A DNA stretch of 64,000 nucleotides from Auanema rhodensis (lineage: Eukaryota; Animalia; Nematoda): assembly GCA_964057225.1 (NCBI GenBank), contig OZ059898.1:18972001-19036000 (forward strand), written 5' to 3'. Both the position numbers and the translations under genes were made by a program. The notes beneath the pieces are model-generated. The model saw nothing but the letters and a program-made list of their open reading frames with translations, was not told where the DNA came from and did not search any database. Each line of letters begins with the position of its first letter. Positions within the stretch are counted from its first letter, which is position 1. This document shows, piece after piece, positions 1 to 13,400 of the stretch.

Positions 1-4
1 TGGT

Positions 5-102
5 TCATGGTAACCATGACTTTGAAATTTACGTGAACTTTAATTTATGCTAATTAAATGTACACGTGATGTGCACTTGGCATGTAACTCGCTTCACGTG
101 AA
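5..102. repeat. Dyad-symmetry cluster of the A monomer (representative copy; recurs in essentially every monomer)
   Basis: TCATGGT-A-ACCATGA (5-19); ACGTGAACTTTAATT-tatgct-AATTAAA(t)GTACACGT (31-67; 15-bp stem, 1 mismatch, 1 bulge); TGTACA (59-64); CACGTG (63-68); GTGCAC (71-76); TTCACGTGAA (93-102). Confidence 0.9.
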
Positions 103-1449
103 AGATAAAGAGATGCGGTTTTCAAAATTAGATTCCTCATGTCCATATTAGTCTAAAAACAAATTTTTATTGATATTGGTTCATGGTAACCATGTCTTTG
201 AAATTTACGTGAACTTTAATTTAAGTTAATTAAATGTACACGTGATGTGCACTTGGTATGTAACTCGCTTCACGTGAAAGATAAAGAGATGCGGTTTTCG
301 AAATTGGATTCCCCATGTCCATATTAGTCTAAAAACAAATTTTTATTGATATTGGTTCATGGTAACCATGACTTTGAAATTTACGTGAACTTTAATTTAT
401 GCTAATTAAATGTACACGTGATGTGCACTTGGTATGTAACTCGCTTCACGTGAAAGATAAAGAGATGCGGTTTTCGAAATTAGATTCCCCATGTCCATAT
501 TAGTCTAAAAACAAATTTTTATTGATATTGGTTCATGGTAACCATGTCTTTGAAAATTACGTGAACTTTAATTTATGCTAATTAAATGTACACGTGATGT
601 GCACTTGGTATGTAACTCGCTTCACGTGAAAGATAAAGAGATGCGGTTTTCAAAATTAGATTCCCCATGTCCATATTAGTCTAAAAACAAATTTTTATTG
701 TTATTGGTGCATGGTAACCATGACTTTGAAATTTACGTGAACTTTAATTTATGCTAATTAAATGTACACGTGATGTGCACTTGGTATGTAACTCGCTTCA
801 CGTGAAAGATAAAGAGATGCGGTTTTCAAAATTAGATTCCCCATGTCCATATTAGTCTAAAAACAAATTTTTATTGATATTGGTTCATGGTAACCATGAC
901 TTTGAAATTTACGTGAACTTTAATTTATGCTAATTAAATGTACACGTGATGTGCACTTGGTATGTAACTCGCTTCACGTGAAAGATAAAATGATGAGGTT
1001 TTCAAAATTAGATTCCCCATGTCCATATTAGTCTAAAAACAAATTTTTATTGATATTGGTTCATGGTAACCATGTCTTTGAAATTTACGTGAACTTTAAT
1101 TTATGCTAATTAAATGTACACGTGATGTGCACTTGGTATGTAACTCGCTTCACATGAAAGATAAAGAGATGCGGTTTTCAAAATTAGATTCCCCATGTCC
1201 ATATTAGTCTAAAAACAAATTTTTATTGATATTGGTGCATGGTAACCATGACTTTGAAATTTACGTGAACTTTAATTTATGCTAATTAAATGTACACGTG
1301 ATGTGCACTTGGTATGTAACTCGCTTCACGTGAAAGATAAAGAGATGCGGTTTTCAAAATTAGATTCCCCATGTCCATATTAGTCTAAAAACAAATTTTT
1401 ATTGATATTGGTGCATGGTAACCATGACTTTGAAATTTACGTGAACTTT

Positions 1450-4400
1450 AATTTATGCTAATTAAATGTACACGTGATGTGCACTTGGTATGTAACTCGC
1501 TTCACGTGAAAGATAAAGAGATGCGGTTTTCAAAATTAGATTCCTCATGTCCATATTAGTCTAAAAACAAATTTTTATTGATATTGGTTCATGGTAACCA
1601 TGTCTTTGAAAATTACGTGAACTTTAATTTATGCTAATTAAATGTACACGTGATGTGCACTTGGTATGTAACTCGCTTCACGTGAAAGATAAAGAGATGC
1701 GGTTTTCAAAATTAGATTCCCCATGTCCATATTAGTCTAAAAACAAATTTTTATTGATATTGGTTCATGGTAACCATGACTTTGAAATTCACATGAACTT
1801 TAATTTATGCTAATTAAATGTGCACGTGATGTGCACTTGGTATGTAACTCGCTTCACGTGAAAGATAAAGAGATGCGGTTTTCAAAATTAGATTCCCCAT
1901 GTCCATATTAGTCTAAAAACAGATTTTTATTGATATTGGTTCATGGTAACCATGTCTTTGAAATTTACGTGAACTTTAATTCATGCTAATTAAATGTACA
2001 CGTGATGTGCACTTGGTATGTAACTCGCTTCACGTGAAAGATAAAGAGATGCGGTTGCAAAATTAGATTCCCCATGTCCATATTAGTCTAAAAACAAATT
2101 TTTATTGATATTGGTTCATGGTAACCATGACTTTGAAATTTACGTGAACTTTAATTTATGCTAATTAAATGTACACGTGATGTGCACTTGGTATGTAACT
2201 CGCTTCACGTGAAAGATAAAGAGATGCGGTTTTCGAAATTAGATTCCCCATGTCCATATTAGTCTAAAAACAAATTTTTATTGATATTGGTTCATGGTAA
2301 CCATGACTTTGAAATTCACGTGAACTTTAATTTATGCTAATTAAATGTGCACGTGATGTGCACTTGGTATGTAACTCGCTTCACGTGAAAGATAAAGAGA
2401 TGCGGTTTTCAAAATTAGATTCCTCATGTCCATATTAGTCTAAAAACAAATTTTTATTGATATTGGTTCATGGTAACCATGTCTTTGAAAATTACGTGAA
2501 CTTTAATTTATGCTAATTAAATGTACACGTGATGTGCACTTGGTATGTAACTCGCTTCACGTGAAAGATAAAGAGATGCGGTTTTCAAAATTAGATTCCC
2601 CATGTCCATATTAGTCTAAAAACAAATTTTTATTGATATTGGTTCATGGTAACCATGACTTTGAAATTCACATGAACTTTAATTTATGCTAATTAAATGT
2701 GCACGTGATGTGCACTTGGTATGTAACTCGCTTCACGTGAAAGATAAAGAGATGCGGTTTTCAAAATTAGATTCCCCATGTCCATATTAGTCTAAAAACA
2801 GATTTTTATTGATATTGGTTCATGGTAACCATGTCTTTGAAATTTACGTGAACTTTAATTCATGCTAATTAAATGTACACGTGATGTGCACTTGGTATGT
2901 AACTCGCTTCACGTGAAAGATAAAGAGATGCGGTTGCAAAATTAGATTCCCCATGTCCATATTAGTCTAAAAACAAATTTTTATTGATATTGGTTCATGG
3001 TAACCATGACTTTGAAATTTACGTGAACTTTAATTTATGCTAATTAAATGTACACGTGATGTGCACTTGGTATGTAACTCGCTTCACGTGAACGATAAAG
3101 AGATGCGGTTTTCAAAATTAGATTCCCCATGTCCATATTAGTCTAAAAACAAATATTTATTGTTATTGGTGCATGGTAACCATGACTTTGAAATTTACGT
3201 GAACTTTAATTTATGCTAATTAAATGTACACGTGATGTGCACTTGGTATGTAACTCGCTTCACGTGAAAGATAAAGAGATGCGGTTTTCAAAATTAGATT
3301 CCCCATGTCCATATTAGTCTAAAAACAAATTTTTATTGATATTGGTTCATGGTAACCATGACTTTGAAATTTACGTGAACTTTAATTTATGCTAATTAAA
3401 TGTACACGTGATGTGCACTTGGTATGTAACTCGCTTCACGTGAAAGATAAAATGATGAGGTTTTCAAAATTAGATTCCCCATGTCCATATTAGTCTAAAA
3501 ACAAATTTTTATTGATATTGGTTCATGGTAACCATGTCTTTGAAATTTACGTGAACTTTAATTTATGCTAATTAAATGTACACGTGATGTGCACTTGGTA
3601 TGTAACTCGCTTCACGTGAAAGATAAAATGATGAGGTTTTCAAAATTAGATTCCCCATGTCCATATTAGTCTAAAAACAAATTTTTATTGATATTGGTTC
3701 ATGGTAACCATGTCTTTGAAATTTACGTGAACTTTAATTTATGCTAATTAAATGTACACGTGATGTGCACTTGGTATGTAACTCGCTTCACGTGAAAGAT
3801 AAAGAGATGCGGTTTTCAAAATTAGATTCCCCATGTCCATATTAGTCTAAAAACAAATTTTTATTGATATTGGTGCATGGTAACCATGACTTTGAAATTT
3901 ACGTTAACTTTAATTTATGCTAATTAAATGTACACGTGATGTGCACTTGGTATGTAACTCGCTTCACGTGAAAGATAAAGAGATGCGGTTTTCAAAATTA
4001 GATTCCCCATGTCCATATTAGTCTAAAAACAGATTTTTATTGATATTGGTTCATGGTAACCATGTCTTTGAAATTTACGTGAACTTTAATTCATGCTAAT
4101 TAAATGTACACGTGATGTGCACTTGGTATGTAACTCGCTTCACGTGAAAGATAAAGAGATGCGGTTTTCAAAATTAGATTCCCCATGTCCATATTAGTCT
4201 AAAAACAAATTTTTATTGATATTGGTGCATGGTAACCATGACTTTGAAATTTACGTGAACTTTAATTTATGCTAATTAAATGTACACGTGATGTGCACTT
4301 GGTATGTAACTCGCTTCACGTGAAAGATAAAGAGATGCGGTTTTCAAAATTAGATTCCCCATGTCCATATTAGTCTAAAAACAGATTTTTATTGATATTG

Positions 4401-7400
4401 GTTCATGGTAACCATGTCTTTGAAATTTACGTGAACTTTAATTCATGCTTATTAAATGTACACGTGATGTGCACTTGGTATGTAACTCGCTTCACGTGAA
4501 AGATAAAGAGATGCGGTTGCAAAATTAGATTCCCCATGTCCATATTAGTCTAAAAACAAATTTTTATTGATATTGGTTCATGGTAACCATGACTTTGAAA
4601 TTTACGTGAACTTTAATTTATGCTAATTAAATGTACACGTGATGTGGACTTGGTATGTAACTCGCTTCACGTGAAAGAAAAAGAGATGCGGTTTCGAAAA
4701 TTAGATTCCCCATGTCCATATTAGTCTCAAAACAAATTTTTATTGATATTGGTTCATGGTAACCATGTCTTTGAAATTTACGTGAACTTTAATTTATGCT
4801 AATTAAATGTACACGTGATGTGCACTTGGTATGTAACTCGCTTCACGTGAAAGATAAAGAGATGCGGTTTTCAAAATTAGATTCCCCATGTCCATATTAG
4901 TCTAAAAACAAATTTTTATTGATATTGGTGCATGGTAACCATGACTTTGAAATTTACGCGAACTTTAATTTATGCTAATTAAGTGTACACGTGATGTGCA
5001 CTTGGTATGTAACTCGCTTCACGTGAAAGATAAAGAGATGCGGTTTTCAAAATTAGATTCCCCATGTCCATATTAATCTAAAAACAGATTTTTATTGATA
5101 TTGGTTCATGGTAACCATGACTTTGAAATTTACGTGAACTTTAATTTATGCTAATTAAATGTACACGTGATGTGCACTTGGTATGCAACTCGCTTCACGT
5201 GAAAGATAAAGAGATGCGGTTTTCAAAATTAGATTCCCCATGTCCATATCAGTCTAAAAACAGATCTTTATTGATATTGGTTCATGGTAACCATGACTTT
5301 GAAATTTACGTGAACTTTAATTTATGCTAATTAAATGTACACGTGATGTGCACTTGGTATGTAACTCGCTTCACGTGAAAGATAAAGAGATGCGGTTTTC
5401 AAAATTAGATTCCCCATGTCCATATTAGTCTAAAAACAGATTTTTATTGATATTGGTTCATGGTAACCATGTCTTTGAAATTTACGTGAACTTTAATTCA
5501 TGCTAATTAAATGTACACGTGATGTGCACTTGGTATGTAACTCGCTTCACGTGAAAGATAAAGAGATGCGGTGTTCAAAATTAGATTCCCCATGTCCATA
5601 TTAGTCGAAAAACAAATTTTTATTGATATTGGTGCATGGTAACCATGACTTTGAAATTTACGTGAACTTTAATTTATGCTAATTAAATGTACACGTGATG
5701 TGCACTTGGTATGTAACTCGCTTCACGTGAAAGATAAAGAGATGCGGTTTTCAAAATTAGATTCCCCATGTCCATATTAGTCTCAAAACAAATTTTTATT
5801 GATATTGGTTCATGGTAACCATGTCTTTGAAATTTACGTGAACTTTAATTTATGCTAATTAAATGTACACGTGATGTGCACTTGGTATGTAACTCGCTTC
5901 ACGTGAAAGATAAAGAGATGCGGTGTTCAAAATTAGATTCCCCATGTCCATATTAGTCGAAAAACAAATTTTTATTGATATTGGTGCATGGTAACCATGA
6001 CTTTGAAATTTACGTGAACTTTAATTTATGCTAATTAAATGTACACGTGATGTGCACTTGGTATGTAACTCGCTTCACGTGAAAGATAAAGAGATGCGGT
6101 TTTCAAAATTAGATTCCCCATGTCCATATCAGTCTAAAAACAGATCTTTATTGATATTGGTTCATGGTAACCATGACTTTGAAATTTACGTGAACTTTAA
6201 TTTATGCTAATTAAATGTACACGTGATGTGCACTTGGTATGTAACTCGCTTCACGTGAAAGATAAAGAGATGCGGTTTTCAAAATTAGATTCCTCATGTC
6301 CATATTAGTCTAAAAACAGATCTTTATTGATATTGGTTCATGGTAACCATGTCTTTGAAAATTACGTGAACTTTAATTTATGCTAATTAAATGTACACGT
6401 GATGTGCACTTGGTATGTAACTCGCTTCACGTGAAAGATAAAGAGATGCGGTTTTCAAAATTAGATTCCTCATGTCCATATTAGTCTAAAAACAAATTTT
6501 TATTGATATTGGTTCATGGTAACCATGTCTTTGAAAATTACGTGAACTTTAATTTATGCTAATTAAATGTACACGTGATGTGCACTTGGTATGTAACTCG
6601 CTTCACGTGAAAGATAAAGAGATGCGGTTTTCGAAATTAGATTCCCCATGTCCATATTAGTCTAAAAACAAATTTTTATTGATATTGGTTCATGGTAACC
6701 ATGACTTTGAAATTTACGTGAACTTTAATTTATGCTAATTAAATGTGCACGTGATGTGCACTTGGTATGTAACTCGCTTCACGTGAAAGATAAAGAGATG
6801 CGGTTTTCAAAATTAGATTCCCCATGTCCATATTAGTCTAAAAACAAATTTTTATTGATATTGGTTCATGGTAACCATGACTTTGAAATTTACGTGAACT
6901 TTAATTTATGCTAATTAAATGTACACGTGATGTGGACTTGGTATGTAACTCGCTTCACGTGAAAGATAAAGAGATACGGTTTTCAAAATTAGATTCCCCA
7001 TGTCCATATTAGTCTAATAACAAATTTTTATTGATATTGGTTCATGGTAACCATGTCTTTGAAATTTACGTGAACTTTAATTCATGCTAATTAAATGTAC
7101 ACGTGATGTGCACTTGGTATGTAACTCGCTTCACGTGAAAGATAAAGAGATGCGGTTGCAAAATTAGATTTCCCATGTCCATATTAGTCTAAAAACAAAT
7201 TTTTATTGATATTGGTTCATGGTAACCATGTCTTTGAAATTTACGTGAACTTTAATTCATGCTAATTAAATGTACACGTGATGTGCACTTGGTATGTAAC
7301 TCGCTTCACGTGAAAGATAAAGAGATGCGGTTGCAAAATTAGATTCCCCATGTCCATATTAGTCTAAAAACAAATTTTTATTGATATTGGTTCATGGTAA

Positions 7401-10400
7401 CCATGACTTTGAAATTTACGTGAACTTTAATTTATGCTAATTAAATGTACACGTGATGTGGACTTGGTATGTAACTCGCTTCACGTGAAAGATAAAGAGA
7501 TGCGGTTGCAAAATTAGATTCCCCATGTCCATATTAGTCTAAAAACAAATTTTTATTGATATTGGTTCATGGTAACCATGTCTTTGAAATTTACGTGAAC
7601 TTTAATTCATGCTAATTAAATGTACACGTGATGTGCACTTGGTATGTAACTCGCTTCACGTGAAAGATAAAGAGATGCGGTTGCAAAATTAGATTCCCCA
7701 TGTCCATATTAGTCTAAAAACAAATTTTTATTGATATTGGTTCATGGTAACCATGACTTTGAAATTTACGTGAACTTTAATTTATGCTAATTAAATGTAC
7801 ACGTGATGTGGACTTGGTATGTAACTCGCTTCACGTGAAAGATAAAGAGATACGGTTTTCAAAATTAGATTCTCCATGTCCATATTAGTCTAAAAACAAA
7901 TTTTTATTGATATTGGTTCATGGTAACCATGTCTTTGAAATTTACGTGAACTTTAATTTATGCTAATTAAATGTACACGTGATGTGCACTTGGTATGTAA
8001 CTCGCTTCACGTGAAAGATAAAGAGATGAGGTTTTCAAAATTAGATTCCCCATGTCCATATTAGTCTAAAAACAAATTTTTATTGTTATTGGTGCATGGT
8101 AACCATGACTTTGAAATTTACGTGAACTTTAATTTATGCTAATTAAATGTACACGTGATGTGCACTTGGTATGTAACTCGCTTCACGTGAAAGATAAAGA
8201 GATGCGGTTTTCAAAATTAGATTCCCCATGTCCATATTAGTCTAAAAACAAATTTTTATTGATATTGGTTCATGGTAACCATGACTTTGAAATTTACGTG
8301 AACTTTAATTTATGCTAATTAAATGTACACGTGATGTGCACTTGGTATGTAACTCGCTTCACGTGAAAGATGAAATGATGAGGTTTTCAAAATTAGATTC
8401 CCCATGTCCATATTAGTCTAAAAACAAATTTTTATTGATATTGGTGCATGGTAACCATGACTTTGAAATTTACGTGAACTTTAATTTATGCTAATTAAAT
8501 GTACACGTGATGTGCACTTGGTATGTAACTCGCTTCACGTGAAAGAGAAAGAGATGCGGTTTTCAAAATTAGATTCCCCATGTCCATATTAGTCTAAAAA
8601 CAAATTTTTATTGATATTGGTTCATGGTAACCATGTCTTTGAAATTTACGTGAACTTTAATTTATGCTAATTAAATGTACACGTGATGTGCACTTGGTAT
8701 GTAACTCGCTTCACGTGAAAGATAAAGAGATGTGGTTTTCAAAATTAGATTCCCCATGTCCATATTAGTCTAAAAACAAATTTTTATTGATATTGGTGCA
8801 TGGTAACCATGACTTTGAAATTTACGTGAACTTTAATTTATGCTAATTAAATGTACACGTGATGTGCACTTGGTATGTAACTCGCTTCACGTGAAAGATA
8901 AAGAGATGCGGTTTTCAAAATTAGATTCCTCATGTCCATATTAGTCTAAAAACAAATTTTTATTGATATTGGTTCATGGTAACCATGACTTTGAAATTTA
9001 CGTGAACTTTAATTTATGCTAATTAAATATACACGTGATGTGCACTTGGTATGTAACTCGCTTCACGTGAAAGATAAAGAGATGAGGTTTTCAAAATTAG
9101 ATTCCCCATGTCCATATTAGTCTAAAAACAAATTTTTATTGATATTGGTTCATGGTAACCATGACTTTGAAATTTACGTGAACTTTAATTTATGCTAATT
9201 AAATGTACACGTGATGGGCACTTGGTATGTAACTCGCTTCACGTGAAAGATAAAGAGATGCGGTTTTCAAAATTAGATTCCCCATGTCCATATCAGTCTA
9301 AAAACAGATCTTTATTGATATTGGTTCATGGTAACCATGACTTTGAAATTTACGTGAACTTTAATTTATGCTAATTAAATGTACACGTGATGTGCACTTG
9401 GTATGTAACTCGCTTCACGTGAAAGATAAAGAGATGCGGTTTTCAAAATTAGATTCCTCATGTCCATATTAGTCTAAAAACAAATTTTTATTGATATTGG
9501 TTCATGGTAACCATGTCTTTGAAAATTACGTGAACTTTAATTTATGCTAATTAAATGTACACGTGATGTGCACTTGGTATGTAACTCGCTTCACGTGAAA
9601 GATAAAGAGATGCGGTTTTCGAAATTAGATTCCCCATGTCCATATTAGTCTAAAAACAAATTTTTATTGATATTGGTTCATGGTAACCATGACTTTGAAA
9701 TTCACGTGAACTTTAATTTATGCTAATTAAATGTACACGTGATGTGCACTTGGTATGTAACTCGCTTCACGTGAAAGATAAAGAGATGCGGTTTTCAAAA
9801 TTAGATTCCTCATGTCCATATTAGTCTAAAAACAAATTTTTATTGATATTGGTTCATGGTAACCATGTCTTTGAAAATTACGTGAACTTTAATTTATGCT
9901 AATTAAATGTACACGTGATGTGCACTTGGTATGTAACTCGCTTCACGTGAAAGATAAAGAGATGCGGTTTTCGAAATTAGATTCCCCATGTCCATATTAG
10001 TCTAAAAACAAATTTTTATTGATATTGGTTCATGGTAACCATGTCTTTGAAAATTACGTGAACTTTAATTTATGCTAATTAAATGTACACGTGATGTGCA
10101 CTTGGTATGTAACTCGCTTCACGTGAAAGATAAAGAGATGCGGTTTTCGAAATTAGATTCCCCATGTCCATATTAGTCTAAAAACAAATTTTTATTGATA
10201 TTGGTGCATGGTAACCATGTCTTTGAAATTTACGTGAACTTTAATTTATGCTAATTAAATGTACACGTGATGTGCACTTGGTATGTAACTCGCTTCACGT
10301 GAAAGATAAAGAGATGCGGTTTTCAAAATTAGATTCCCCATGTCCATATTAGTCTAAAAACAAATTTTTATTGATATTGGTGCATGGTAACTATGACTTT

Positions 10401-13400
10401 GAAATTTACGTGAACTTTAATTTATGCTAATTAAATGTACACGTGATGTGCACTTGGTATGTAACTCGCTTCACGTGAAAGATAAAGAGATGCGGTTTTC
10501 AAAATTAGATTCCTCATGTCCATATTAGTCTAAAAACAAATTTATATTGATATTGGTTCATGGTAACCATGTCTTTGAAAATTACGTGAACTTTAATTTA
10601 TGCTAATTAAATGTACACGTGATGTGCACTTGGTATGTAACTCGCTTCACGTAAAAGATAAAGAGATGCGGTTTTCGAAATTGGATTCCCCATGTCCATA
10701 TTAGTCTAAAAACAAATTTTTATTGATATTGGTTCATGGTAACCATGACTTTGAAATTTACGTGAACTTTAATTTATGCTAATTAAATGTACACGTGATG
10801 TGCAATTGGTATGTAACTCGCTTCACGTGAAAGATAAAGAGATGCCGTTTTCGAAATTAGATTTCCCATGTCCATATTAGTCTCAAAACAAATTTTTATT
10901 GATATTGGTTCATGGTAACCATGTCTTTGAAATTTACGTGAACTTTAATTTATGCTAATTAAATGTACACGTGATGTGCACTTGGTATGTAACTCGCTTC
11001 ACGTGAAAGATAAAGAGATGAGGTTTTCAAAATTAGATTCCCCATGTCCATATTAGTCTAAAATCAAATTTTTATTGATATTGGTTCATGGTAACCATGT
11101 CTTTGAAATTTACGTGAACTTTAATTTATGCTAATTAAATGTACACGTGATGTGCACTTGGTATGTAACTCGCTTCACGTGAAAGATAAAGAGATGCGGT
11201 TTTCAAAATTAGATTCCCCATGTCCATATTAGTCTAAAAACAAATTTTTATTGATATTGGTTCATGGTAACCATGTCTTTGAAATTTACGTGAACTTTAA
11301 TTTAATCTAATTAAATGTACACGTGATGTGCACTTGGTATGTAACTCGCTTCACGTGAAAGATAAAGAGATGCGGTTTTCAAAATTAGATTCCCTATGTC
11401 CATATTAGTCTAAAAACAAATTTTTATTGATATTGGTGCATGGTAACCATGACTTTGAAATTTACGTGAACTTTAATTTATGCTAATTAAATGTACACGT
11501 GATGTGCACTTGGTATGTAACTCGCTTCACGTGAAAGATAAAGAGATGCGGTTTTCAAAATTAGATTCCCCATGTCCATATTAGTCTAAAAACAAATTTT
11601 TATTGATATTGGTTCATGGTAACCATGTCTTTGAAATTTACGTGAACTTTAATTTATGCTAATTAAATGTACACGTGATGTGCACTTGGTATGTAACTCG
11701 CTTCACGTGAAAGATAAAGAGATGCGGTTTTCAAAATTAGATTCCCCATGTCCATATTAGTCTAAAAACAAATTTTTATTGATATTGGTTCATGGTAACC
11801 ATGTCTTTGAAAATTACGTGAACTTTAATTTATGCTAATTAAATGTACACGTGATGTGCACTTGGTATGTAACTCGCTTCACGTGAAAGATAAAGAGATG
11901 CGGTTTTCAAAATTAGATTCCCCATGTCCATATTAGTCTAAAAACAAATTTTTATTGATATTGGTTCATGGTAACCATGACTTTGAAATTTACGTGAACT
12001 TTAATTTATGCTAATTAAATGTACACGTGATGTGCACTTGGTATGTAACTCGCTTCACGTGAAAGATAAAAAGATGAGGTTTTCAAAATTAGATTCCCCA
12101 TGTCCATATTAGTCTAAAAACAAATTTTTATTGATATTGGTTCATGGTAACCATGACTTTGAAATTTACGTGAACTTTAATTTATGCTAATTAAATGTAC
12201 ACGTGATGTGCACTTGGTATGTAACTCGCTTCACGTGAAAGATAAAATGATGAGGTTTTCAAAATTAGATTCCCCATGTCCATATTAGTCTAAAAACAAA
12301 TTTTTATTGATATTGGTTCATGGTAACCATGACTTTGAAATTTACGTGAACTTTAATTTATGCTAATTAAATGTACACGTGATGTGCACTTGGTATGTAA
12401 CTCGCTTCACGTGAAAGATAAAGAGATGCGGTTTTCAAAATTAGATTCCCTATGTCCATATTAGTCTAAAAACAAATTTTCATTGATATTGGTGCATGGT
12501 AACCATGACTTTGAAATTTACGTGAACTTTAATTTATGCTAATTAAATGTACACGTGATGTGCACTTGGTATGTAACTCGCTTCACGTGAAAGATAAAGA
12601 GATGCGGTTTTCAAAATTAGATTCCCTATGTCCATATTAGTCTAAAAACAAATTTTTATTGATATTGGTGCATGGTAACCATGACTTTGAAATTTACGTG
12701 AACTTTAATTTATGCTAATTAAATGTACACGTGATGTGCACTTGGTATGTAACTCGCTTCACGTGAAAGATAAAGAGATGCGGTTTTCGAAATTAGATTC
12801 CCCATGTCCATATTAGTCTAAAAACAAATTTTTATTGATATTGGTTCATGGTAACCATGTCTTTGAAAATTACGTGAACTTTAATTTATGCTAATTAAAT
12901 GTACACGTGATGTGCACTTGGTATGTAACTCGCTTCACGTGAAAGATAAAGAGATGCGGTTTTCGAAATTAGATTCCCCATGTCCATATTAGTCTAAAAA
13001 CAAATTTTTATTGATATTGGTGCATGGTAACCATGTCTTTGAAATTTACGTGAACTTTAATTTATGCTAATTAAATGTACACGTGATGTGCACTTGGTAT
13101 GTAACTCGCTTCACGTGAAAGATAAAGAGATGCGGTTTTCAAAATTAGATTCCCCATGTCCATATTAGTCTAAAAACAAATTTTTATTGATATTGGTGCA
13201 TGGTAACTATGACTTTGAAATTTACGTGAACTTTAATTTATGCTAATTAAATGTACACGTGATGTGCACTTGGTATGTAACTCGCTTCACGTGAAAGATA
13301 AAGAGATGCGGTTTTCAAAATTAGATTCCTCATGTCCATATTAGTCTAAAAACAAATTTATATTGATATTGGTTCATGGTAACCATGTCTTTGAAAATTA

